From: an uncultured delta proteobacterium
GTDB taxonomy: Bacteria > Desulfobacterota > Desulfobacteria > Desulfobacterales > QNYZ01
Assembly: GCA_963845145.1 (NCBI GenBank)
Contig: CAWJQU010000005.1
Location: forward strand, 512,001-576,000
Direction of reading: 5' to 3'
DNA: 64,000 nt
Position numbers and translations under genes: made by a program. Below, piece by piece: positions 10,093 through 19,988 of this stretch. Numbering within the stretch: the first letter of the stretch is position 1; each line of letters starts with the position of its first letter. The notes under the pieces are model-generated. The model ran no database searches and was not told where the DNA came from. It was given only the letters and a program-made list of their open reading frames with translations.

Positions 10093-10812
10093 ATGGCAGA
10101 AGAAGTAAATGCTGGTTGTGCAAGACCTACAGGTGGCCCGGTAGGAGAAACCGTCCAAGCACAAACACCTGAAAGCGAAAATGTAAAAAAGGAGGGCAAG
10201 AGCATGATACAAGTCGGAAAAAAAGCACCTGATTTTACTGCGCCAGGCTACCAGAAGGGTAAATTCATCAATGTAAAGTTGTCAGAGTATCTTGGGAAAT
10301 GGGTCCTTCTATGCTTCTACCCGGGCGATTTTACATTTGTCTGAGCGACCGAAATTTCAGCAGTTGCTGAAAAATACCCTGAATTTCAAAAACTTGGCGT
10401 AGAAATTATATCCATGAGCATTGACAGTATGTTCGTACATAAAATGTGGAATGATCATGAACTGTCCAAAATGGTAGATGGGGGTGTTCCCTTTGCGATG
10501 CTATCTGACTCTGGAGGTAGAGTGGGAAAGGTCTATGGTGTTTATGATGAGGATGCGGGGGTTGAGACACGCGGAAGATTTATTATCGATCCAGATGGAA
10601 TTGTTCAAGGGTACGAAGTGTTAACGCCACCGGTAGGAAGAAATGTTAATGAATCGTTTCGCCAAGTTCAAGCCTTTCAGCTTGTCAGAGAGTCAAAAGG
10701 AACGGAAGCCACTCCATCCGGCTGGAGACCGGGTAAGATGACACTTAAGCCTGGGCCAGAACTGGTCGGTAATGTTTGGAAAGAATGGAAAACTGAAATG
10801 GCCTTTGAATAA
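10093..10812 (+). CDS. prxU: Selenocysteine-containing peroxiredoxin (AhpC/Prx1 type)
   Basis: [12 protein letters not shown](10342-10344)-ATEI: the TGA occupies the peroxidatic Cys position and the frame continues into the 10414..10812 ORF. Confidence 0.9.
10355..10372 (+). promoter_or_regulatory. Candidate bacterial SECIS hairpin
   Basis: TTTCAGC-AGTT-GCTGAAA stem-loop with a G in the loop, starting 10 nt after the in-frame UGA. Confidence 0.7.
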
Positions 10813-10820
10813 ATAAACCA

Positions 10821-10919
10821 TAGCGTTGCATATAATTGAATTCAAAACACGATAGATTAGGTCATTGCGGTGAGATAACGCGAGTAAAACTGTTTAGCCT
10901 CAATTTTTATGCAACGCTA
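10821..10919. mobile_element. About 100-bp MITE-like element with terminal inverted repeats and TA ends
   Basis: TAGCGTTGCATATAATTGA ... TCAATTTTTATGCAACGCTA. Confidence 0.55.
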
Positions 10920-11157
10920 GGGTAAAGTTTCCAGAATAAGTTACAAGGCTCTTAAAAATTAGATGGAGACGAGTTTTGCTTCCCGAAAAACACATCCTGA
11001 CGATCTTATAGCCGCGAAAAGACAATCTTAGATAGAAAATCCGGATAGAAACGGTAAACAGGCCCTGTTTTTAACTGGTTGCTCCATCATCATATCTTAA
11101 TATCTATAGTCCTCGCAAAGAACCAAACATTAACTATAAAGTATAATCTGACTATCC

Positions 11158-13425
11158 ATGTTAGCCATCCTTAAAAAAATACGCGGCCGACTGGTCTCAA
11201 AAATAGTACTAACCGTTGGGATTGTCTTCCTCGTCTCCTTTTCTATCTGGACTTATGTTAACGTACACTACCAGAAGGCAAAGGAAATGCACAACATTGG
11301 GGCAGCTGCCGACCGGTTGACGAACACGATTCAATTGGGAACCCATTATGCCATGATGCTCAATTCCAGGGACGATATAAACCAGATAATTCGCAATATT
11401 GGGCGCCTTTCAGAAATTGAGAATATCCGCATATACAACAAGGAAGGCAAAATAAAATTTTCGAACCGACCTTCGGAAGTCGACATGGCGACCAATATTA
11501 AAGCCGAAGCCTGCGATATTTGTCACCGCACAGAACCACCGCTTGTCGAGCTTGACTTACCTCAGAGGATGCGGATATTCGATAGTCCCAATGGGTACCG
11601 GCTTCTGGGCATCATCAGTCCGATTCGCAACGAAACCGGGTGTTCCACCGACAACTGTCATATTCATCCCCAGGGAAAGAAAATTCTCGGAGCCCTGGAC
11701 CTGGTAATTTCCCTGGAGGAAACAGACAAAAGCTTGTATCTTCTTCAACGAGGCATCATTGGTATGTCCATATCAGTTTTCATTCTTACCTCTATTATTA
11801 TCTGTTTTTTTGTATTTCGATTTGTCAATTATCCCATCAAAACGCTTATCAACCAAACACGTGCAATCGCCAGGGGCAACTACGACCGGAAGGCCCATCT
11901 TTTGCAAAAAGACGAGATGGGCCAGTTAGGACATGCTATTGATAAAATGGGTTCCAAGATTGCAGAGAAGGAAACTGCCCTCAACAAACAGCGGGATGAA
12001 TATATGCAGCTGTTTGAACAAGTACCATGTATTATAACGGTTCAGAATCGAGATTTTAAATTGCTTCGGTACAACAAGGAGTTTTCGGATCGCTTTGATC
12101 CCAAACCTGAAGATTTTTGCTACCATGCCTACAAGGGCCGTTCGGAAAAGTGCGAACGCTGCCCGGTTGAATGGACATTTGCAGACGGAAAACCATACTC
12201 CACGGAAGAGACCGGCATCGACAAGGACGGCACTATCAAATACTGGATCGTACGTACGTCACCTATCGTCAATGATAAGGGTGAGGTGGTGGCCGCTATG
12301 GAGATTTCCCACGACATCTCCGAGCGCCGACAGCTTGAAGTCGACTTGAAACGGTCAGAAAAGAAATACCACGCCATATTCAACAATATGCCGAATCCCG
12401 TTTTTGTTATCGATATCAAGACCCTTGTCATCCTGGACTGCAACAAGAGTGTTGAAACGGTGTACGGGTTTACTGCGGAGGATATCATCGGCAGCTTGTT
12501 CTTAGATTTGTTCCGTAAAGAAGATCAAGAGGAATATGCTTATAAGCTTAAAGTAGATTCTGTCATTAACCAGGCAAAACATTTTACCAAAGACCGCAAG
12601 AAGCTTTACGTCAATATCCGTATATCCCCTTCCGAATATTCCGGACAGGAGGTTCTTCTGGTCACCACCAGTGATATCACCAAGCGCCTGGAGACGGAGC
12701 AGCAATTGATCCAAGCAAGTAAAATGGCCACGCTGGGTGAGATGGCTACGGGTGTTGCCCACGAACTGAATCAGCCGCTATCGGTCATCAAGACGGTTAG
12801 CAGTTTTTTCGTCAAGAAGATCCGTCGCAGAGAAACCTTCGAAAAAGAGATTCTGGATACCATGTTGGCAAAAGTGGACAGCAATGTCGATCGGGCAAGC
12901 CGGATTATCAATCACATGCGGCAGTTTGCCAGAAAAACGAACTTGACGATATCGAAAATTTCCGTCAACGATGTTATCATTAATGCTTTTGAGATTTTCA
13001 GCCAGCAGCTTAAAGTCCGGGGGATTGCTGTCCTGAAGGATATACACCCATCGCTACCCAGGGTTCATGCCGACCCGGATCGCCTTGAACAGGTATTCAT
13101 CAATCTCCTGCTCAATGCCAGAGACGCCATTGAAGAAAAAAGGGCGCTCACAGGCCGGACCGGTCATGAAGAAAAGATTACACTCCGAACCTATAGGGAG
13201 GAAGACAAAGTCACCATCGCAGTTTGTGACACGGGTGTCGGTATCCCCAAACACGCTGTTGACAAGATTTTCGAACCCTTTTTCACCACCAAAGAAGTCG
13301 GTAAGGGTACTGGCTTGGGTCTCTCCATCAGCTACCGCATTGTCAAAGACTGTGGGGGGGCTATCAAAGCCTTGCCGAACAAGGACCAGGGTGCCTGTTT
13401 CATAGTTTCTTTTCCGATACCCTAG
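11158..13425 (+). CDS. Sensor histidine kinase: periplasmic CxxCH domain, HAMP, 2 PAS, HisKA, HATPase
   Basis: CDICH and [16 protein letters not shown]-box; [14 protein letters not shown]. Confidence 0.92.
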   Translation: MLAILKKIRGRLVSKIVLTVGIVFLVSFSIWTYVNVHYQKAKEMHNIGAAADRLTNTIQLGTHYAMMLNSRDDINQIIRNIGRLSEIENIRIYNKEGKIKFSNRPSEVDMATNIKAEACDICHRTEPPLVELDLPQRMRIFDSPNGYRLLGIISPIRNETGCSTDNCHIHPQGKKILGALDLVISLEETDKSLYLLQRGIIGMSISVFILTSIIICFFVFRFVNYPIKTLINQTRAIARGNYDRKAHLLQKDEMGQLGHAIDKMGSKIAEKETALNKQRDEYMQLFEQVPCIITVQNRDFKLLRYNKEFSDRFDPKPEDFCYHAYKGRSEKCERCPVEWTFADGKPYSTEETGIDKDGTIKYWIVRTSPIVNDKGEVVAAMEISHDISERRQLEVDLKRSEKKYHAIFNNMPNPVFVIDIKTLVILDCNKSVETVYGFTAEDIIGSLFLDLFRKEDQEEYAYKLKVDSVINQAKHFTKDRKKLYVNIRISPSEYSGQEVLLVTTSDITKRLETEQQLIQASKMATLGEMATGVAHELNQPLSVIKTVSSFFVKKIRRRETFEKEILDTMLAKVDSNVDRASRIINHMRQFARKTNLTISKISVNDVIINAFEIFSQQLKVRGIAVLKDIHPSLPRVHADPDRLEQVFINLLLNARDAIEEKRALTGRTGHEEKITLRTYREEDKVTIAVCDTGVGIPKHAVDKIFEPFFTTKEVGKGTGLGLSISYRIVKDCGGAIKALPNKDQGACFIVSFPIP

Positions 13426-13518
13426 GAATGAAGGGACCGAAGGGGGGCAGGTAAAATGCGGTCAGTCTTAAATTGAACCCATAAGTAGTTAACAGCTTAT
13501 GGTTTCAGGAGATAAAAA

Positions 13519-14661
13519 ATGAGTGCACCCAAAGACAAGAAAAAAATTCTGCTGGTGGACGATGAAAAGGATATTCGTGAAGTTATAGGCATGACATTGT
13601 CAGATATGGGATACCAGGTACTGACGGCGGCAAATGGCAAGACAGCATGGGAAACCTTCCTGTCGGAGAGTCCCCCCATTGTCCTGACCGACATCAAGAT
13701 GCCTTTGATAGATGGCATTGAACTCCTAAAACGAATTAAACGTGAAAATCCCGAAGCAGAAATCATCATGATAACCGGCCATGGTGACATGGACTTGGCC
13801 ATAACGAGTTTGAAGCACCGGGCCTCCGATTTCATTACCAAACCCATCAATATTGAGGCTCTTGAGATCTCTCTGAAAAGAGTTGAAGAAAAAATTATCA
13901 CCAGAAAAAAACTCCAGGAATACACTGAAAACCTTGAACGACTCATCCAGGAAAAAACTGAACTTAAAGACAATCTCTCGAGCTTAGGTCTCATGGTAGG
14001 GTCAATTTCACACAGCATCAAGGGCCTCCTGACCGGGCTGGATGGCGGCCTTTATCTTCTTAAATCCGGCCTGAAAACCAACGACCTCAAAAAGATCGAA
14101 GAGAGCGGCGATATTCTTAAAATCATGCTGGACCGTATTCGACGAATGGTGAGTGACATTCTATTTTATGCTAAAGAGAGAAACTTACGACGCGATGAGG
14201 TCGATATTCGCGCCTTTGCCAATGAAGTTATGCGGGTTGTGGAAGTCAAAGGTAAAGCGATGGGTATCTCTCTGGAAACGAATTTCGATATTACAATCAA
14301 CAAAATTCAGATCGATTCCGGATTTGTCCATTCCGCTTTGATCAACATTCTTGAAAATGCCTTCGATGCCTGCACCAGGAAAGAACAAAACCAAGACCAC
14401 AAGATCGTATTTTCGGTGAAGAATGACGAGAAACATATTTACTTCATCGTCGCTGACAACGGTATCGGGATGGATATCGAGACCCGAGAAAAATTGTTTT
14501 CTCTTTTTTTCTCTTCAAAAGGCCGTAAGGGAACCGGATTAGGCCTATTTCTATCTAACAAGATAATTGCGCAGCATGGCGGATCGATTAGCGTGGATTC
14601 GGTTGAAGGAGAGGGGAGTCGGATTACAATAAAAATTCCTATTGAAAATAAAAAACCATAG
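13519..14661 (+). CDS. Hybrid receiver-histidine kinase
   Basis: LLVDDE and LTDIKMP receiver; SHSIKG H-box; GTGLGL. Confidence 0.9.
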   Translation: MSAPKDKKKILLVDDEKDIREVIGMTLSDMGYQVLTAANGKTAWETFLSESPPIVLTDIKMPLIDGIELLKRIKRENPEAEIIMITGHGDMDLAITSLKHRASDFITKPINIEALEISLKRVEEKIITRKKLQEYTENLERLIQEKTELKDNLSSLGLMVGSISHSIKGLLTGLDGGLYLLKSGLKTNDLKKIEESGDILKIMLDRIRRMVSDILFYAKERNLRRDEVDIRAFANEVMRVVEVKGKAMGISLETNFDITINKIQIDSGFVHSALINILENAFDACTRKEQNQDHKIVFSVKNDEKHIYFIVADNGIGMDIETREKLFSLFFSSKGRKGTGLGLFLSNKIIAQHGGSISVDSVEGEGSRITIKIPIENKKP

Positions 14662-14778
14662 TAATGATGTTTTATGGCTTGTCGGCTATTATGCTCTGAG
14701 TGCTTTCCGAATGGTCGTACAGCCGATATCGGTTTATGGATTGTCGTGTTCAACAGCCAAGGGGTTTGGGCGACAGAT

Positions 14779-15498
14779 TTAAGTGTGACTAATATAGCGA
14801 TATCCCACACCGTGGACGGTTGTGATCACCTTCGGTGAACCAGGCTTGGACTCCACCTTTTTTCGCAACCTTGCAATATGTTGGTCCAGGGTTCGTGTGG
14901 TTCCGTAGTACTCGATTCCCCAGACGGCGTTCAGCAGTTCATCGCGGCTTAAGACAGCATCGGGATGGGATCGAAAATAGGTGATCAATTTTAGCTCCCG
15001 CTCGGAAAGGTCAAACGATCGATCCGCCAGCTGCCCTCGATATTGACGCGCATCGATGGTAGCCGCTCCGAATTGAAAGCGGGCATCTCCGTTTTCAAAA
15101 GAGGCCATAGAACGCTTGGATCGTCTCAAAACCGCACCAATTCGCGCCAATAATTCGTGTACGCCAAATGGTTTGGTAATGTAATCATCCGCCCCCAGTT
15201 CAAGACCCAGTACCTTGTCAATTTCCTCGCTTTTAGCGGTCAACATAATCACCGGTACCTGCTCGTCTATTTTCCGAATGGTACGGCAGACATCATAACC
15301 GCTTAAACCAGGCATCATGATATCTAACAGGATGAGATCGAACTTACCGGTTTCAAATAAATCAACGGCTTCCTTTCCATTTTTGGCAGGCGTACCTCGA
15401 TAGCCTTCGCTTTCAAGGGTATCCACCAAACCGGTTAAAATATGGGGGTCATCTTCCGCAACAAGAATATGGCCTGCATGGATCCGCGGATCTGTCAT
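14779..15498 (-). CDS. OmpR/PhoB-family response regulator
   Basis: VAEDD, LDIMMP, GADDYITKPF and TVHGVGY. Confidence 0.93.
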   Translation of the reverse strand: MTDPRIHAGHILVAEDDPHILTGLVDTLESEGYRGTPAKNGKEAVDLFETGKFDLILLDIMMPGLSGYDVCRTIRKIDEQVPVIMLTAKSEEIDKVLGLELGADDYITKPFGVHELLARIGAVLRRSKRSMASFENGDARFQFGAATIDARQYRGQLADRSFDLSERELKLITYFRSHPDAVLSRDELLNAVWGIEYYGTTRTLDQHIARLRKKVESKPGSPKVITTVHGVGYRYISHT

Positions 15499-15514
15499 GA
15501 TTGTCAATTGCCTT

Positions 15515-17245
15515 TCAGTTTTCGGAAATGATAATTTTAAAGCAGCAGCCACCCCCCCGACGGGGTTCGTACCGCAAATCGCCGCCGAGGTCGCGCATCA
15601 GTTGGCGGGCAATGGTAAGACCCAGCCCGGAACCCGGGTGTTCGGCGGTCAATGAATCGTCGGCGCGATAATATTTTTCAAAAATGCGGTGGCGATATTT
15701 TGAAGATATGCCCGGGCCACGATCAAGAACACAAATTTGCCCACCTGTATCGACCGGATCGAGAGCGATGGTCAGGGTTTTGCCGTCGCCGGCATATTTA
15801 ACGGCATTGTCCACCAGGTTGAGCAGGACCTGTTCGAGTACGTCCCGGTCGGTGTTGACCTGAAGGTTTTTCGGGGGCAGTTGTACGACAAGTGCCAGGT
15901 CCTCATTCTCTATTCGCAACCGATGCGCCCGGTCGAATTCTTTTAAAAAGGCGGTTATATCGAGCGGTTCGATTCGGTAGGTTTTGCGTCCCTGTTCAAG
16001 TCGGCTAAAATCGAGCAGGTTATTAACGAGGCGGCCAAGTCGGCGGCTTTCATCCACGATCACTTGCATATAGCTTTTTTGTTTATCAATTGATTTTACC
16101 CGACCTTCTTTGATCAACTCCGCATACATACGAATGCTGGTCAAAGGCGTTTTAAGCTCATGGGATACGTTGGCCACGAAAGATGTTTTTCGCTCGGCGT
16201 CCCTTCGGTTGCGTTCGGCATCGCGGTAGAGGAGCATTCCGCCGAAAAGTATGGCCGCGATGACGATAACCAGCATCATTCCCGAAATGATCAAATACCC
16301 TTGACCGGCGGCGTTACCTCGCTCTCCGCCATTGAAATAAACGCCCACCTGCCAATGGGGTAAAATTGGCGCCAAGGATACGGCCAGACCCGGAGCGGCC
16401 TGATCGTCCAATTCGTTACCCCCGGATTGGTGCAGAATTTGGCCGGCGCCGTCGCTTAACACATACGCCACCTGGTTGGTCGACGGTTGCGGAAAATCGA
16501 GGATCAAACGCGACAGCAACGTGGCCAACTCCAACTCGACCCCCCAAACCAGGTCATGATTGGGCGGATGCACCCATCCGATCAGGTACAACCGGTTGTC
16601 GGTGAACCAGGGCAGCCATCCGCCATCAATGGTGTCTAACGCGGTTTTGGGTGGAATGGTATCCCGGAACACCGAGCTGGACACCGAACTGGATTCCGAA
16701 GGCCGGCTGCGGGCCATATCCAGCAGGTTATCGCTTCCCGTAGAAGGGGACGGGGCACGTTGAGCGTCGGGCCGACTTTTCGTCATGGGCGGAAATGAAC
16801 CGTGAATACTTCCCGAGCCTCCCCCAATTTGTTCCTTTCCGGCAGGCGCCCACGGATGACGGCCATCGAACAACATTGCGTAACGGGTGATGAAGCGACG
16901 CTCTTCCTGCGTCGCCGACTGGTCAAGCAGCGGATAACGCAACCCGCTGCTTTTTGACCAGATATATACATTTCGAACGAGAGGGTTTTGACCGACCCAT
17001 TGGGGAAGGGCACCGACCACAGTCGTCGGCGAAAACCCTTTCAAGGAGGCCAGCATGCTATCCTCAACGGATTGAACCGTCTGTTTGAGCCTATGGGCGA
17101 CCGCCTGAGCCCGGTCCGAATGCGCCGCCTGGAAAGAGTGTGAGATCCGGTCCTGTTCATAGCGAAGCAACCGAAAGGCTGAGACTGAGATCACCAATGT
17201 CGGTAAAAAGAGCAGCAGCCAGTATCGAAGGACCGATCGTTTCAT
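15515..17245 (-). CDS. Membrane sensor histidine kinase
   Basis: Two TM segments; VSHELKTPLTSI; NLVDNAVKY; GSGLGL. Confidence 0.92.
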   Translation of the reverse strand: MKRSVLRYWLLLFLPTLVISVSAFRLLRYEQDRISHSFQAAHSDRAQAVAHRLKQTVQSVEDSMLASLKGFSPTTVVGALPQWVGQNPLVRNVYIWSKSSGLRYPLLDQSATQEERRFITRYAMLFDGRHPWAPAGKEQIGGGSGSIHGSFPPMTKSRPDAQRAPSPSTGSDNLLDMARSRPSESSSVSSSVFRDTIPPKTALDTIDGGWLPWFTDNRLYLIGWVHPPNHDLVWGVELELATLLSRLILDFPQPSTNQVAYVLSDGAGQILHQSGGNELDDQAAPGLAVSLAPILPHWQVGVYFNGGERGNAAGQGYLIISGMMLVIVIAAILFGGMLLYRDAERNRRDAERKTSFVANVSHELKTPLTSIRMYAELIKEGRVKSIDKQKSYMQVIVDESRRLGRLVNNLLDFSRLEQGRKTYRIEPLDITAFLKEFDRAHRLRIENEDLALVVQLPPKNLQVNTDRDVLEQVLLNLVDNAVKYAGDGKTLTIALDPVDTGGQICVLDRGPGISSKYRHRIFEKYYRADDSLTAEHPGSGLGLTIARQLMRDLGGDLRYEPRRGGGCCFKIIISEN

Positions 17246-17271
17246 TATTATTCCCGTACCAAGAGCTTTTA

Positions 17272-18645
17272 TTATTTGCTGATTTGTTGTTGTTTCATCT
17301 GAAACGACTCGGTCCGAAGCACCTTGCGCGTCCGTTTATCCATACCCTTTGCTTCGATGCTACCGGCCTGTACCTCCATCTCTTCCGCTTTTTTGAGGAG
17401 TGCCGGTGCCTTTAGTTTTTTTCCGGTCGCTTTTAGCCGTTGAGCCGATTCTCTCAATTTTCCCACCGCATCTTTGGTGCGGCCTTCATCGGACAGGTTA
17501 ATGGCCTCCTCCTGGGCCGCGGCATTTAAGTTCAACTCGTAATCCCGCTTGACCTTTACATTAACTGATTTCTCAACCTGATTACGATTGCTGGCGAATC
17601 TTGCCAGAAGCCGGTCGGAAGAGACATCTTGTCTGCGTGTAAACGGGTTATGGTAACGGGTTTCAACCTGAGCAATTTCCCGGGACTCACCATCGCGGCC
17701 ACCGGCGATCTCGACTTCCACCAGGGCATATTTTTCCTGATTGCCGTAAAGCTGGTTCAGGTTGAATTCGACGGTGTTTCCCCGAATCCGGCCATCTCGC
17801 CCGATAACACGGAGCGGTCGAACATTGTCGGCTAAATGAATCATGATTTGAATTTCCTGCGCCACGACATTGAGTACATCCCCCAACTCTGCGGCGAAAA
17901 TGCGCGGAAGGTCCGCGCTGGATTCGACAAAATAGGTATTCCCGTCACTGTTATGGGATAGCCGGGTCATCAGATCTTCGTTATAATCGGTACCCACACC
18001 CACCGTTGTCACTGAAATCTGTTCTTTGATCAGTGCAGCGCCGAGCCGACCCAGATCTTCGGGCGTGTTGGGCCCCACGTTGGCCAATCCGTCGGAGAGC
18101 AGAATAACACGGTGCACAAAATCGCCGCCCATGTATTTTCGCACTTCGGCCGCCCCCTGACTGACGCCCCCGAACAGAGCCGTGTTGCCACCGGCACGGA
18201 TATGCCGAATTTGCTCTTCGATGGCCTCCATGTAGTGGGCCGAGCGAGCGGGCACGATGGTTTGGACCAAATGATTATAGGCCACAAGCGAGAAAATATC
18301 TTCGTCAGCCAGTTGCCGCAATGCTGTAATGGCGGCTTCCTTAGCTTTGGCCAGCTTGGCACCATTCATGGACCCGGAGCGGTCCAGAACAATGGACAGG
18401 TTCGCCGGTGGTCGGTCATAGTGAACCGGTGGCGGTGGTGCATCCAGGGTTACTTTCAGAATGGCGCTACGGGTCATATTGGCAGGCAGGACGCCCCGAT
18501 CCAACTCGATTCGGCAGGCGACCTTGTTGCCAGCAGAATAAGCGACGGCCGGGGTTGTGAGTGTGGCGCTTGATATGAAACCAATACCCATAAGGGCAAC
18601 ACACCAGTGAATCATTTTCTTTTTCATTCTACGCGGGCGATTCAT
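17272..18645 (-). CDS. Exported VWA-domain (YfbK-like) protein
   Basis: Signal peptide; MIDAS motif DRSGSM, GGNT and LLSDG; ATG at 18645 follows GGAGGT. Confidence 0.85.
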   Translation of the reverse strand: MNRPRRMKKKMIHWCVALMGIGFISSATLTTPAVAYSAGNKVACRIELDRGVLPANMTRSAILKVTLDAPPPPVHYDRPPANLSIVLDRSGSMNGAKLAKAKEAAITALRQLADEDIFSLVAYNHLVQTIVPARSAHYMEAIEEQIRHIRAGGNTALFGGVSQGAAEVRKYMGGDFVHRVILLSDGLANVGPNTPEDLGRLGAALIKEQISVTTVGVGTDYNEDLMTRLSHNSDGNTYFVESSADLPRIFAAELGDVLNVVAQEIQIMIHLADNVRPLRVIGRDGRIRGNTVEFNLNQLYGNQEKYALVEVEIAGGRDGESREIAQVETRYHNPFTRRQDVSSDRLLARFASNRNQVEKSVNVKVKRDYELNLNAAAQEEAINLSDEGRTKDAVGKLRESAQRLKATGKKLKAPALLKKAEEMEVQAGSIEAKGMDKRTRKVLRTESFQMKQQQISK

Positions 18646-18856
18646 GTAACACCTCCATTTTAGGCCGGCCGTGACGTCATCATTTTGAGGCTTTTCCACT
18701 TTTTTGAATATAACACCGGGGTTTTCCGCCGCGGCCTCAAAGGGAATCCGTCCGGCTGGATTCATCAGGATCAATCGTTTTAGTCGCGAAAAAGTGTCAT
18801 ATCCATTTACCATGATCCTGATTTATCAACACTTCTGTATGATGTTGTCATGGATG

Positions 18857-18885
18857 CGTAAAACAATTGTAAAAAAAATGTGACA
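18857..18885 (-). promoter_or_regulatory. Three 11-bp-periodic direct repeats (OmpR/PhoB-type box)
   Basis: Minus strand TCACA / TTACA / TTACG at 11-nt spacing, upstream of the VWA-HK-RR operon. Confidence 0.5.
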
Positions 18886-19220
18886 TGCCGGGCCCTCGCA
18901 CTCCCTATGAGTGAAACAGGTAACAAATAAGGTTTATTCGCTGGTCGAAATTTGATGCAGACGATCATATTCGAATTTATATCCTTGAGCAACCGCTGTT
19001 GCGCTCGGGGTTTGGTTCTGCAGAGAATAGCGGATAAAATTTTGTTTACGGGAAAATCCAAGTAAACAGTTTTGGCTTACCAAATTTTGCCCTGGCTAAT
19101 AATAAGGAAAGCACATATTGGCCACCCATAAGGCCGACGCCAACACCAGGCCGAAGATTACTCGTTTATTCTTGATTATTTTTGCATATCTTTCTATTAT
19201 TTTTGAAACATGAGGCTTTT

Positions 19221-19988
19221 ATGAAATTACGCAGATTCCTTATAATTCCTTTATTGATTATTTTACCCATCTCTTGTTGCCATAATTCCAATCTACCTAA
19301 ACTGAATTATAACCTTCCTTTAAGTTTTACTCGGTTTACAAATTATTTAAACACTGGCGATATCATCCTTTTTCATGGCGATTCAGACTTTGATAAAGTA
19401 ACGGATTATCTGGAGTGTAGCCCCTGGGCGCATGTTGGCATGATCGTAAAGAGTAAAGACAATCAAACTTATCTTTGGGAGTCGACCTTAAGATCTAATG
19501 TGAAAGATGTCGACTATCATAAAACAAAAGGTGGTCCGCAATTGGTGCGCTTAAAAGATCGGCTTGTCAATGATGTGGAAGTTAAAGATCATTCCGGCTG
19601 GGCCATTAGGCGGTTACTTGTTTCCGATACCGTGAGAAATTCTTTTGATGATGTTTTAAACCATATCATTCAGATAGAGCATGAAAAAGATATACCCAAT
19701 GCCATTGACGTCTTTCTTGAAGCGGCTTTAGGTAGGTTTATGAAGGTTGAAACCAATGAAAAGAAAATCTTCTGCAGCGAATTGATGGTGCTTACCTATA
19801 TGCACATGGCGTTAGTTTCAAATAAAACCATCGCCAATAGTTACGTACCAAAAGATTTTTCGTCGGATTCTGATAAACTAAGATTTTTACAAAAAAAGAC
19901 CGCACTCTCCAAAGAGCACTATTTTAAACCTGTGACGGTCAATGGGGTTTTGCATATTCGTACGACTTCTAATTTAGACATTTTATGA
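19221..19988 (+). CDS. Permuted papain-like NlpC/P60 (YiiX/YebB-like) lipoprotein
   Basis: GDIILF, WAHVGM, LWES and a C-terminal FCSEL (His precedes Cys); signal peptide ends in Cys. Confidence 0.75.
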   Translation: MKLRRFLIIPLLIILPISCCHNSNLPKLNYNLPLSFTRFTNYLNTGDIILFHGDSDFDKVTDYLECSPWAHVGMIVKSKDNQTYLWESTLRSNVKDVDYHKTKGGPQLVRLKDRLVNDVEVKDHSGWAIRRLLVSDTVRNSFDDVLNHIIQIEHEKDIPNAIDVFLEAALGRFMKVETNEKKIFCSELMVLTYMHMALVSNKTIANSYVPKDFSSDSDKLRFLQKKTALSKEHYFKPVTVNGVLHIRTTSNLDIL

